Shown: positions 1 through 10,053, numbered from the stretch's first letter. The stretch: DNA of 64,000 nucleotides from an uncultured Acidobacteriota bacterium (GCA_963741955.1 CAVUKB010000005.1:224001-288000); one strand, 5' to 3'. Translations and numbers: made by a program. Notes: a model not told the origin generated them from the letters alone.

Positions 1-276
1 ACGCCGAGTGGCGATCTCGATTTCGTCGACGCACTGGTCGAGTATCGTTTCGACGAGATCTACGGCCGGACGTCGTTCTTCGCCGGGCCGGGGTTCTATC
101 GCTTCAAAGGAAACGGCAACGACTTCTCGGATTGGGGCCTTTCGGGCGGAGTCAACGCCATTTTCCCCCTCACCCGTCGCCTCGGAATCAAGGCGGAACT
201 GGCCTACCACTGGGTGAATTTCGACCAGAAGGCGAAATTCCTCACCGCGACCGGTGGAATCCGAATGGCGTTCTGA
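1..276 (+). CDS. 3' end of a probable outer-membrane beta-barrel protein (partial)
   Basis: Frame 1 is open from base 1 to TGA at 274-276. It has amphipathic strands and ends ...FLTATGGIRMAF with a C-terminal Phe. Not in the ORF track because the start lies outside the window. Confidence 0.7.
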   Translation, partial: TPSGDLDFVDALVEYRFDEIYGRTSFFAGPGFYRFKGNGNDFSDWGLSGGVNAIFPLTRRLGIKAELAYHWVNFDQKAKFLTATGGIRMAF

Positions 277-300
277 CGCGGAGCGCAGCAGCAATTGAAG

Positions 301-328
301 GCGCCCTCGTCGAGGGCGCTTTTTGTTT
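301..328 (+). terminator. Rho-independent terminator
   Basis: GCGCCCTC-GTC-GAGGGCGC followed by TTTTTGTTT, just after the stop codon. Confidence 0.8.
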
Positions 329-417
329 GCGGATGAAGAAGTTAGACGAAGTCCGGCGGCACGGTCGTTGCTTCAAATAACCCCTGCAGTTCCATCACTG
401 AAAAAGGAGGAACGCAG

Positions 418-1005
418 ATGGCGAACAACAACCGCCGCGGAACTTTCCGCGGAACAGATATCCCTAACACCCCGCGAAGCGAGATCGAGCGTACCGAGCT
501 CGGGCAGAACAACCCTCGGAGCCGGCAGGCACGCGGGAACCGTGGCTCGAGCGAACGGGTGCGCGACGTGATGACCGAGACTCCCAGGACTGTGACGAAA
601 GACGACCGCCTGATCCAGGCCGCGAAGCTGATGGTCGAATGCGACTGCGGCGCGATTCCGGTAGTGGATCACGAGGGCGATCGGAAGCCGATCGGCCTGA
701 TCACCGACCGCGACATCGTGGTGCGTGTCGTGGCGAACGGCGACAACCCGAAGGATCTTCCCGTCTCCGACGCGATGACCCACGGGCTCTTCACGGTTCG
801 TGAGAGCGACACGATCGACAGCGTCTTTCAGCTGATGAGCGACAAGCAGGTTCGGCGCGTGCCGGTGGTCGACGAGAACGGGGACCTCTGCGGCATCGTG
901 GCGCAGGCCGACATCGCGCTCCGCGCGAGCGACGACCGTTCGGTCGAGAACACGGTGGAAGAGATCAGCGAGCCGAGCTCGACCCGAGACATGCAGCGAC
1001 CCTAA
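418..1005 (+). CDS. CBS-domain protein (tandem CBS pair with a disordered N-terminus)
   Basis: AGGAGG RBS. Motifs VRDVMT, GAIPVVD, GLITDRDI, RRVPVVDE and GIVAQAD. Confidence 0.9.
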   Translation: MANNNRRGTFRGTDIPNTPRSEIERTELGQNNPRSRQARGNRGSSERVRDVMTETPRTVTKDDRLIQAAKLMVECDCGAIPVVDHEGDRKPIGLITDRDIVVRVVANGDNPKDLPVSDAMTHGLFTVRESDTIDSVFQLMSDKQVRRVPVVDENGDLCGIVAQADIALRASDDRSVENTVEEISEPSSTRDMQRP

Positions 1006-1048
1006 CGAAGGCTACGCGCGGCGACCCCGAGAGGGTCGCCGCGCTTTC

Positions 1049-2520
1049 ATTTGCGCGCCAGATCCGCAGGCGATTCTTTGATTTGCGCGCCAGACCCGCA
1101 GGCGATTCTGTTCTGCACGGTTCCAGCTTCTCCCTGGACCCTCGCGCCGGGCACGATCCGATTTGCGCGATTTGCACGTGACCATCACCGCCGTCTCTCC
1201 GAACACGCGAAGCTATGCTTCCGGAGCACCCCCTGATGCGCGATCCGATTTGCGCGATTTGAAGACGACGACGGGGATCGCATTTGCGCGCCAGACCCGC
1301 AGGCGATTCTGTTCTGCACGGTTCCAGCTTCTCGATGGACCCTCGCGTCAGGCGCGATCCGATTTGCGCGATTTGCACGTGACCATCACCGCCGTCTCTC
1401 CGAACACGCAAGCCTATGCTTCCGGATCTCCCCTTGATGCGCGATCCGATTTGCGCGATTTGAAGACGACGACGGGGATCGCATTTGCGCGCCAGATCCG
1501 CAGGCGATTCTGTTCTGCACGGTTCCAGCTTCTCGATGGACCCTCGCGTCAGGCACGATCCGATTTGCGCGATTTGCACGTGACCATCACCGCCGTCTCT
1601 CCGAACACGCAACGCTATGCTTCCGGAGCACCCCCTGATGCGCGATCCGATTTGCGCGATTTGAAGACGACGACGGGGATCGCATTTGCGCGCCAGACCC
1701 GCAGGCGATTCTGTTCTGCACGGTTCCAGCTTCTCCATGGACCCTCGCGCCAGGCACGATCCGATTTGCGCGATTTGCACGTGACCATCACCGCCGTCTC
1801 TCCGAACACGCGAAGCTATGCTTCCGGAGCACCCCCTGATGCGCGATCCGATTTGCGCGATTTGAAGACTACGACGGCGATCGCATTTGCGCGCCAGACC
1901 CGCAGGCGATTCTGTTCTGCACGGTTCCAGCTTCTCGATGGACCCTCGCGTCAGGCACGATCCGATTTGCGCGATTTGCACGTGACCATCACCGCCGTCT
2001 CTCCGAACACGCAACGCTCGACTCCCGGAGCACTCCTTGATGCGCGATCCGATTTGCGCGATTTGAAGACTACGACGGGGATCGCATTTGCGCTCTAGAC
2101 CCGCAGGCGATTCTGTTCTGCACGGTTCCAGCTTCTCGATGGACCCTCGCGTCAGGCACGATCCGATTTGCGCGATTTGCACGTGACCATCACCGCCGTC
2201 TCTCCGAACACGCAACGCTCGACTCCCGGAGCACTCCTTGATGCGCGATCCGATTTGCGCGATTTGAAGACTACGACGGGGATCGCATTTGCGCTCTAGA
2301 CCCGCAGGCGATTCTGTTCTGCACGGTTCCAGCTTCTCGATGGACCCTTGCGTCAGGCACGATCCGATTTGCGCGATTTGCACGTGACCATCACCGCCGT
2401 CTCTCCGAACACGCAACGCTCGACTCCCGGAGCACTCCTTGATGCGCGATCCGATTTGCGCGATTTGAAGACACGCTCCCGCGACGGCGCGCTCTCATTT
2501 GCGCGCCAGACCCGCAGGCG
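1049..2520. repeat. Tandem array A: 7 x 201-bp units plus partial terminal copies
   Basis: The landmark ATTTGCGC...AGA recurs at 1081, 1282, 1483, 1684, 1885, 2086 and 2287, with partial copies at 1049 and 2497. Each unit holds two copies of GATCCGATTTGCGCGATTTG. Confidence 0.95.
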
Positions 2521-2673
2521 CCTCGCGCCAGGCACGATCATCTATAACAATTCGCGCAAATGAAATCGCCCTCGAAGGCAGCACCCTCTCCCCGCCCCGC
2601 TCGTTCCTGCTGGAAATGCCCGCACAATCCATGGCAAATCGCGCAATTGAAATCGCTCTCGAAGCCCGTGCCA

Positions 2674-2790
2674 TCTTCCCCGCGCCGGTCGTTCCTGCCG
2701 GAGGCGCCCGACCAATCCATAGCAAATCGCATCCTCTTCCCCGCGCCGGTCGTTCCTGCCGGAGGCGCCCGACCAATCCATAGCAAATCC
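2674..2790. repeat. Direct repeat, 2 x ~55 bp (61-bp period), beside array A
   Basis: TCTTCCCCGCGCCGGTCGTTCCTGCCGGAGGCGCCCGACCAATCCATAGCAAATC at 2674 and 2735. Confidence 0.85.
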
Positions 2791-2807
2791 GCAGCAAATC
2801 GCGCACG

Positions 2808-3464
2808 TCACTTCCGCCGGAACACCACCTCGTAGATTCTCCGCCCCTCCTTCCGGTACTTCACCTCGTAGTTCGTGCGCGGCGGACGGTCGGTGATCTC
2901 GCCGGATTCGATCGCGAAGACCTCGTCGAGCAGGGGAACGGCGGCTTCCCAGTAATCCCGGTGATCGGTCACGAAGACGCCTTCGCCGTCGGGATGGAGG
3001 ACCCGTTGCATGTCGCGCGCGACGTCCGGACGCACGAAGCGGCGCTTCTGCTCGCGACGGCGTGGCCACGGATCGGGAAAGTAGATGTGGATCTCCCTGA
3101 CCGATCCATCGGGGAGCATGCGACCGATCACGCGCTGCGCGTCGAAGTTCACGATCCGAACGTTCTCGAGGCGGTGGCGCCAGATCCGGTCGACGAGATG
3201 GCGGAAGTAGTGGAGCGAGATCTCGATGCCGAGGTAGTTGAGCTCCGGATGGGAATGAGCCTGTTCGACCAGGAATCGCCCCTTGCCGGAGCCGACCTCC
3301 AGGATGATCGGGTGGTCGTTCCCGAAGAGGGCAGCCGGATCGAGCGCTGCGCCTCCACTCTCCCGCGGGTTGATTCCGATCTCCTCGAGAGAAAGGGGAT
3401 CCCGCTCTTCGGCCGGGCCCGTCTTCCTCTCCTCTCCGATTGGGTCATCAGTCGAAGTGACCAT
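2808..3464 (-). CDS. trmB: tRNA (guanine-N7)-methyltransferase
   Basis: Motifs LEVGSGKGRF, NYLGIE, FPDPWP, TDHRDY and TNYEVKY. ATG at 3464 chosen as start. Confidence 0.92.
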   Translation of the reverse strand: MVTSTDDPIGEERKTGPAEERDPLSLEEIGINPRESGGAALDPAALFGNDHPIILEVGSGKGRFLVEQAHSHPELNYLGIEISLHYFRHLVDRIWRHRLENVRIVNFDAQRVIGRMLPDGSVREIHIYFPDPWPRRREQKRRFVRPDVARDMQRVLHPDGEGVFVTDHRDYWEAAVPLLDEVFAIESGEITDRPPRTNYEVKYRKEGRRIYEVVFRRK

Positions 3465-3482
3465 TGAGTACAATGCGCCTCC

Positions 3483-4271
3483 GTGAGCGTTGCGAAGGAT
3501 TTATACCATCGGCTGATTCCCGAACAGGTGCGCAACCCGATCGGACTCTTCCGCCGCCGCCTGATCGATCGATGGCTCCGCGCGAAGGCAGGCGAGCGCC
3601 TTCCCTCTGCCGAGCTCCTCGGGAACATCCAGCTCACGCCGTGGATCTCCGAATACCTCGACATCGGGGAGCGGGCCGCAGCGGCGATCGAGAGAGCGGC
3701 GGCACTCGGCGGAATCCGGCCGGAGGTGCCTCACGATGTCCTCGATTTCGGCTGCGGCTCCGGAAGATCCATCCGCCACCTGAGAGACACGAGATGGACA
3801 CTGACCGGATGTGACATCGACCGCGAAGCGATCGAATGGTGCCAGCTCTCCATTTCGGGAGCGAAGTTCGTCGTCTCGCCGGTCGAACCGCCTCTCGAAT
3901 TCGAGGACGGATCATTCGATCTGGCGTATGCAATCTCGGTGTTCACTCATTTCGATCCGGAAGCTCAGCGAGCCTGGGCGCGGGAGATGAGCCGGATTCT
4001 CCGCCCGGGCGGGCTTCTCCTCGTTTCGACCATGGGACCCGGTGTGATCGAGAATTTTCCCGACCATGCGACGCCGGAGACGAGGGAAATTCTCGCTCGG
4101 GAAGGAAGTGTCTTCCTGCCGGCCGCGGAATCGAGTTTCAACGCACATGCGGCGTTCCATACGCCGCGTGCGCTTGGGATGCTCTTCGCACCGGATCTGG
4201 AGCTCATGCGTTGGGTCGAACAGGGCCTGGACGGCTTCCAGGATCTGAGCGTGCTGCGCAAGCGGGGCTGA
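3483..4271 (+). CDS. Class I SAM-dependent methyltransferase
   Basis: Motifs VLDFGCGSGR, GCDID, FDLAYAISVFTH and LRPGGLL. Confidence 0.9.
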   Translation: MSVAKDLYHRLIPEQVRNPIGLFRRRLIDRWLRAKAGERLPSAELLGNIQLTPWISEYLDIGERAAAAIERAAALGGIRPEVPHDVLDFGCGSGRSIRHLRDTRWTLTGCDIDREAIEWCQLSISGAKFVVSPVEPPLEFEDGSFDLAYAISVFTHFDPEAQRAWAREMSRILRPGGLLLVSTMGPGVIENFPDHATPETREILAREGSVFLPAAESSFNAHAAFHTPRALGMLFAPDLELMRWVEQGLDGFQDLSVLRKRG

Positions 4272-4290
4272 GCAACCGAGATTCTTCAAG

Positions 4291-5067
4291 TCACGGGCGC
4301 GGGAGGAGCGACGGGACATCGACTTTCCGGTAGCCTTCGGGAATCGCGAAACGCGAGGGAGGAATGGCCTTCTCCCGGATGTCGCTCACCGTGGTGGTGG
4401 TGGTCGAGGTCATGCTTCGGCGTCCATCGCTCGTCGTGGTGGTGGTGACGATCTTCAGTGGAAATCCCTTCACGGAGGACGACTGACTCTCGAGCAGGTG
4501 GTCGAGCTCCTTCCATCCGGTGCGGAGCCCGTCACTCTGAACGAAGGTCGCGAAACCCGGATCGATCTCCCCGGTCGTCCAGATGTCGCTGCGGGTCTGA
4601 ATCGTGGTGGTCTGCTTCGAGCTCATGATCGTCATGACCAATTGACAGCTCGTCTCGGTGCGATACCGATGAGTCGGGTAGCCGGCGATCGGAACGCCTT
4701 CCCCGAGGTCACTCACTCTGACCTTCGGGTTCTCGACCTTCACGTCGAACATTCCTTCCAACGAGCCTCCGGGCCTCCCCGTGGAATCGAGCATTCCGGA
4801 GAGGTCGAGGGAGTAGTACGACTGCTGGGCGGGATCGAGAACGGTGATCTTCGATGTGCCCGTACTGGAGAGGATCACGGAGCCGGCGGCGAGAGGCAGC
4901 GCCTTCCCTCCGGTGACGGCAATTCGGGAATGACCCCCCTCCACCTCCACCACGCCGGAGAGTGACATTCCCGAACGTCCGGTTGTGACGCTTTCGAAGC
5001 GGTACTCGAGTCCGGCAAAGGCGGTTCCAGTCCAGGCGACGAGAAGGAGTATCCAAAGTCTCTTCAT
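4291..5067 (-). CDS. Secreted protein, DUF4412-like
   Basis: Signal peptide MKRLWILLLVAWTGTAFA. Contains IAGYPTHRY, GFPLK and C-terminal FAIPEGYRKV, typical of DUF4412-type proteins. Confidence 0.7.
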   Translation of the reverse strand: MKRLWILLLVAWTGTAFAGLEYRFESVTTGRSGMSLSGVVEVEGGHSRIAVTGGKALPLAAGSVILSSTGTSKITVLDPAQQSYYSLDLSGMLDSTGRPGGSLEGMFDVKVENPKVRVSDLGEGVPIAGYPTHRYRTETSCQLVMTIMSSKQTTTIQTRSDIWTTGEIDPGFATFVQSDGLRTGWKELDHLLESQSSSVKGFPLKIVTTTTTSDGRRSMTSTTTTTVSDIREKAIPPSRFAIPEGYRKVDVPSLLPRP

Positions 5068-5180
5068 CGCGATGCCCCACGGTTGACGAGATGAATAATC
5101 GACGCGTGACCCTATGCTATGATTCGCGGAATTTCTGATGTTTCGCAGCGACACGACAGCAGCTCACTAAGGAGGTTGTC

Positions 5181-6479
5181 TTGCGTCCTCTGAAGACCTA
5201 TCTTCGCATTCTTCCACTCGCGTTTCTCCTGATTCTCATCTGCAGTCCTTCATTCGGTGCAGGGTTCGCGATCTTCGAACAGGGCGCGAAAGCGACCGCC
5301 ATGGGCGGAGCATTCGCGGCGACGGCCGACGATCCGAGCGCGATCTTCTACAACGTGGCCGGCATCGTGAACCTCAAGAGCAGCCAGGCCATGCTCGGCG
5401 GCACGATGATCACGTTCGACAACAGTTTCAGCGGCACGGATGGGTACTTCCCGGGCGCGGGGGTGGAAGCCAATTACGCGAATCACACCTTCGTCCTCCC
5501 GAACGCGTACTTCGTGATGCCGATCGGTGAGAACGCAGCGTTCGGGATCGGGAGCTTCACCGGATTCGGCCTCCGGACGGACTGGGCAGACGGGATGACC
5601 TTCCCGGGGCGCTACATCTCCCAGGATGCGAACATCAAGACGACTTCGGTGCAGCCTTCCTTCGCCATGAAGATGGCGGGCGGGAAGTTCGCCTGGGGCG
5701 TCGGCGCGGAGTACCGCACCTCGCACATCTCGCTCGAGCGGAACAGTCTGGCGCTCAATCCGTTCACCAACCGCATCGCCGACGTCGCTCATGCGCGGCT
5801 CAACAGCGACTGGAACGACGCGTGGGGCTTCGACGTGGGCCTGATGTACAAACCGACCGACCAGTGGAACGTCGGGCTGCAGTACCGGAGCGCGATGGAC
5901 ATCGACTACACCGGTACGGCGAAGTTCACGCAGATCTCGACCGGAAACCCGCAGTTCGACGCCCTCGTCGGAGCAGGCCTTCCTCCGAATCAGGACATCC
6001 GGACCACGATCAAGTACCCCTGGATCGGAAGCATCGGCGTGTCGACGACGATGATCCCGACCTGGCAGATCGACTTCGACGTCGTCCGCACCGGCTGGAG
6101 CCGTTTCAAGAGCCTCGACGTCGCGTTCGTCGATACTCCGTCACAGAACCTGAACATCCCCGAGGACTGGAAGAGCGTGAACTCCTACCGTCTCGGCGCG
6201 AACCATCCGGTCACCGACGATTGGGCGATCCGTCTCGGAGCGTTGTACGACAAGACGCCTCAGCCGCTGGAGGGAGTGGGACCACTCCTCCCGGATGCGG
6301 ATCGCTGGGCGGCCACGTTCGGCTTCGGGTGGGACAACGGAAAGTGGTCGGCCGAGTTCGCCGAGATGTTCCTCGTGTTCATGGACCAGAATACGAAGGG
6401 AATGAACCGGGACGGCTTCAATGGAATCTACCGGACCACGGCGAACCTCGTGACCATCGACCTCGGCTATAAATTCTGA
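5181..6479 (+). CDS. FadL/OmpP1-family outer-membrane long-chain fatty acid transporter
   Basis: TTG start with an AAGGAGG RBS. N-terminal AGFAIFEQGAKATAMGGA...DDPSAIFYNVAG, a PDADR motif, and C-terminal LGYKF. Confidence 0.9.
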   Translation: MRPLKTYLRILPLAFLLILICSPSFGAGFAIFEQGAKATAMGGAFAATADDPSAIFYNVAGIVNLKSSQAMLGGTMITFDNSFSGTDGYFPGAGVEANYANHTFVLPNAYFVMPIGENAAFGIGSFTGFGLRTDWADGMTFPGRYISQDANIKTTSVQPSFAMKMAGGKFAWGVGAEYRTSHISLERNSLALNPFTNRIADVAHARLNSDWNDAWGFDVGLMYKPTDQWNVGLQYRSAMDIDYTGTAKFTQISTGNPQFDALVGAGLPPNQDIRTTIKYPWIGSIGVSTTMIPTWQIDFDVVRTGWSRFKSLDVAFVDTPSQNLNIPEDWKSVNSYRLGANHPVTDDWAIRLGALYDKTPQPLEGVGPLLPDADRWAATFGFGWDNGKWSAEFAEMFLVFMDQNTKGMNRDGFNGIYRTTANLVTIDLGYKF

Positions 6480-6502
6480 CACCGCGATAAAGGAGACACC
6501 GC

Positions 6503-7900
6503 ATGAAATCCCGTTCATTGACGATTCGAATCTGTCTTCTGTCGTTGCTCCTCGTCGTCGCGGCCCTCCCGATGTTCGCGGCGCGGGGATCTGCTGACTT
6601 CACCCGTTACGTGGCGATCGGCGACAGCCTCACCAGCGGCTATGAATCCTCCAGCCTCGTGGTGGGACATCAGATCTGGAGCTTCCCGAAGATCATCGCG
6701 CAGCAGGCCGGCACCCCCGATTTCCAGCAGCCGCTGATCAGCGAGCCGGGAATCCCGGCGGAGCTGGTGCTCAAGAGCATCTCTCCGCTGATCATCGGGC
6801 CAAAGGCTTCCGGCTACGGCGCACCGATGAACCTGACTCTTCCGCGGCCGTACAACAATCTCGGCATTCCGGGGGCGCGAGTTCACGACCTGATCACCCT
6901 CAACGGGAGTGAGCAGAACCCGAACCCCTATTTCCAGATCATATTGCGCGGTCAGGCGTCGGCCGCGGCTCAGACGATCGCGCTGCAGCCGACATTCATC
7001 ACCGTCTGGATCGGAAACAACGAGGTGCTGGGCGGGGTCACATCCGGCATGCCCGCCGCGATGACCCCTCTGGAGAACTTCACCGCAGATTACAACACGC
7101 TTCTTCAGCAGTTGACGCTGGGAGCACCGAACGCGGGGATGATCACCGCGACGGTTCCTCCGGTCAGCGCGATCCCGTTTGCAAACGTGATTCCGCCGGT
7201 GGTACTCGACCCCACCACCAATCAGCCGCTGCTCGGGCCTGACGGGCATCCGATCTTCTACATCGCGCAGGTCGGCGATCAGGTGGTCCAGCTCGGGCCG
7301 GGGAGCAAGGTGCTCCTGACGGCGCAGTCGTTCCTGCAGCAGGGATACGGATTTCCCGCCGCACTCAAGCCGCTGGTTCCGCTCCCACACGTCGGCGAGC
7401 CTCTTCCGGATGCAGTGACGCTCACCGCAGACGAGATCGCGCAGATCGAGCAGCGCCGGACCGACGTGAATGCGGCGATCAAGGCTGCGGCGTCTTCGCT
7501 CGACATCCCGGTGCTCGATTCCGACGCACTCTTCGCCACCTGGCAGACGGGGATTCACATCGCGGGGCTGACGTTCAACACCGGCTTCATCACCGGTGGA
7601 CTCTTCAGTCTCGACGGCGTCCACCCGACCGACATCGGATACACCATCGTCGCGAACGACTTCATTCGGAAAATCAACGAGGCCTACGGCTCACGGATCC
7701 CTCAGGCGACGCTGATTCCGTTCTTCCAGAACAACGCGATCGGACTGCAGGGCGGCAGCAGCACGATGGTGCCGTTCCTCGCTCCGGGTGCTCTCCAGAC
7801 GATGACGCTCCAGCGTTTCTCGACACTGGACGACTTCTCCAGGGGCGTGGCTCTTCCGAAGCAGCCGGTGCCGGTACGACCCGCGCCCGCAACTTTCTGA
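6503..7900 (+). CDS. Secreted SGNH/GDSL hydrolase (lipase/esterase)
   Basis: Signal peptide, GDSL(T), NLGIPG, WIGNNE and DGVHP catalytic blocks. Confidence 0.88.
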   Translation: MKSRSLTIRICLLSLLLVVAALPMFAARGSADFTRYVAIGDSLTSGYESSSLVVGHQIWSFPKIIAQQAGTPDFQQPLISEPGIPAELVLKSISPLIIGPKASGYGAPMNLTLPRPYNNLGIPGARVHDLITLNGSEQNPNPYFQIILRGQASAAAQTIALQPTFITVWIGNNEVLGGVTSGMPAAMTPLENFTADYNTLLQQLTLGAPNAGMITATVPPVSAIPFANVIPPVVLDPTTNQPLLGPDGHPIFYIAQVGDQVVQLGPGSKVLLTAQSFLQQGYGFPAALKPLVPLPHVGEPLPDAVTLTADEIAQIEQRRTDVNAAIKAAASSLDIPVLDSDALFATWQTGIHIAGLTFNTGFITGGLFSLDGVHPTDIGYTIVANDFIRKINEAYGSRIPQATLIPFFQNNAIGLQGGSSTMVPFLAPGALQTMTLQRFSTLDDFSRGVALPKQPVPVRPAPATF

Positions 7901-7924
7901 GCTCACCACGATCGACAGACAACC

Positions 7925-7954
7925 AGAGGCGAGCCGAAAGGCTCGCCTCTTTTC
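7925..7954 (+). terminator. Rho-independent terminator
   Basis: AGAGGCGAGCC-GAAA-GGCTCGCCTCT followed by TTTC, between convergent genes. Confidence 0.85.
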
Positions 7955-7997
7955 GTCTGGCCCGAGCGTCTCGCTGACCAAGTGACACGCCCCGTTT

Positions 7998-9782
7998 CTA
8001 TCGAGGAAGTGCGATTTTGGGTTCGTCGCGAGTCGCCGCTTCCTCCACCACACCCGCTTCCGGCGGCGCCTCCTCCTCGCGCTCTCGCTTCACCCGCAGG
8101 CGCGGAGCGATGATCAACGCGGCGCCGTAGAACGCAAACCCGATGAAGAGCGTCGCGGGACGGCCGGCGTGAAGGTCCTGCACGACGAGCTTCAGCGCGA
8201 TCACGATCAGAAGCAGCGGGACCAGCGTCGATGCAGCGCGAAGACGTTCTATCCGGCTGACCCATGCAAGGACGACGGCGGCAATGCAGAGAACCACCGT
8301 CTGTGTCGCGGATACGCCCGCGGGCGTCGCTCCGGATGGACCGCCGACCACGGTCATCAGCCCCGTGGTGACGAGACCCCCGATGCCCCACACAGCGATG
8401 GCAAGCGCGAGAGCTCTCGGAAAATGAGTCCGGCGACTTTCCGGAACGAGACGGGGAAGATGAGACACCGCACAGATGGCGGCGATCACCATCGCCAGGA
8501 GACCGCTCAGCCCGAGCTGACCGGCGCCGACTGAATTGGATGATCCGAAAAGACCCAACGCGCCGAATGTCAGCAGACCTGACCCCAGTGCGGCAGCGAA
8601 GAGATACCCGACGGTCTGCGCGACGAGCTCCACGCGCTGGTAGCGGATGGCGAGAATTCCGGTGACCAGTGCAATCGCGGCCCAGAGGATGCTGGCGGGA
8701 GTGGTCCCCATGAGGACCGCGGTCGAGGGAACGGTGAACGCGAGGCCGAGAATGGTGAAGTAGAACGTGTTGTGGAGGAGCCTGGTGCGGTCGACGATGC
8801 GGTATCCGATGATGTAGGCGGTCAGCGCGAGGACGACTCCGACCACGGCCACCGGCAGCTGGCCAACGTGCAGCACGTTCGAGATCCAGAGCGCTCCCCC
8901 GAATCCCGCCAGCCACGCGACGCTGCTCTGCATGATCTCGAACGCGGTGATCGCACGTTCCCTCCAGAGAGCGCGGACGGTGAACGTTCCGATGAATCCG
9001 AACATGGTCGAGATCTGCAGGATCATCGCCGCGACCGGCGCCTGCCCCACGAATCCGGCAACCACCAGAAACCCGAGGTTGATCAGAAGCATGTCGATCA
9101 CTGCGGCCACCGGCCACCTCAAGGCATGCCAGCGGATGTCGTAAGCGATCCAGGCGCTGATCAGGCCGACGACCAGCAGGGCCCATCCGAAGGGGACCAC
9201 CGAGCGGGTATCGACGATCAGAGCCAGGGAGGTGAGGAGCGCGAAGATGGTGGCCACCCACGCGAGCACCTTCTGTTCGCGGATCCATCCGATACCCAGC
9301 AGAAGTCCCGAGACCGCGGCCAGAATGATCGCGGCGGATATCGGGGAGAAGAAGTCGAACTTCTTGGTCGCTTCCCAGATCAGCGGATAAGCGATCATCG
9401 CGGCCGCGATTCCGTAGTAGTCTGATGAACTGACGCGGTCGGCACGTCCGGCACGGTCGGCCATGAAGATCCAGATGAGCGCATACGTGATTCCGAGCGA
9501 GAGACCGATCGGGAGAGGGACTCCCCCGGAATCGGTGAAGGCTCGCAGGAGAAAGGCGCCACCGAGAATGATCAGGGTTCGGCCGATCAGACCGAGGTCG
9601 AGAAGCGAGCGCGTCTCCATCTCGTCACGGGCGTCGGTGACGTGGGTGACCGTGGGTGCTGTGACACGGGAAGCGTCCGAGACCTCGTGCGCGGCCTCGA
9701 GATCGTTCACGCGGCGCTCGAGCCGCTCGAAGGCGGCGGCGAGAGTGTCGAGCCGCTGCTGAAGCTGAACTAGTTGATCCAT
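7998..9782 (-). CDS. Polytopic membrane protein, DUF2339-like
   Basis: GGAGG RBS before ATG at 9782. N-terminal coiled coil (LQQRLDTLAAAFERLERRV) followed by many transmembrane helices. Confidence 0.7.
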   Translation of the reverse strand: MDQLVQLQQRLDTLAAAFERLERRVNDLEAAHEVSDASRVTAPTVTHVTDARDEMETRSLLDLGLIGRTLIILGGAFLLRAFTDSGGVPLPIGLSLGITYALIWIFMADRAGRADRVSSSDYYGIAAAMIAYPLIWEATKKFDFFSPISAAIILAAVSGLLLGIGWIREQKVLAWVATIFALLTSLALIVDTRSVVPFGWALLVVGLISAWIAYDIRWHALRWPVAAVIDMLLINLGFLVVAGFVGQAPVAAMILQISTMFGFIGTFTVRALWRERAITAFEIMQSSVAWLAGFGGALWISNVLHVGQLPVAVVGVVLALTAYIIGYRIVDRTRLLHNTFYFTILGLAFTVPSTAVLMGTTPASILWAAIALVTGILAIRYQRVELVAQTVGYLFAAALGSGLLTFGALGLFGSSNSVGAGQLGLSGLLAMVIAAICAVSHLPRLVPESRRTHFPRALALAIAVWGIGGLVTTGLMTVVGGPSGATPAGVSATQTVVLCIAAVVLAWVSRIERLRAASTLVPLLLIVIALKLVVQDLHAGRPATLFIGFAFYGAALIIAPRLRVKREREEEAPPEAGVVEEAATRDEPKIALPR

Positions 9783-10053
9783 CAGAACCTCCGCGTGGAG
9801 AGGAGTCACTGGAGTCGATGGTGCTGATCCTGGAAAGGTTTTATGTAACGTCAGCGTGGCGGACGAGACCGTGTCGTACATCACCATATCCGGTGACCAT
9901 GAACACTGCCCCCTTCCCTTCCGAAAACGGAAGATGCCACCCAATACGAACTCCAGTTCCCGGGTCTATCGAGCGATCAACGGCGCGCTGGCCTCGCGCC
10001 GACCATCAACCTTCTGATCCCCCGGAATGCGGCCACTCCGGCGGGAAGGAGTC

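Noticed and set aside
965-2416. 483-aa minus-strand repeat ORF as a confident CDS
   Set aside because: TTG start within a repeat, no RBS, and it overlaps the CBS gene end. Kept only as an alternative hypothesis in the findings.
1049-2520. Array A as a CRISPR array with a 20-bp repeat
   Set aside because: Only two alternating spacer sequences, repeated almost verbatim, and no cas genes.
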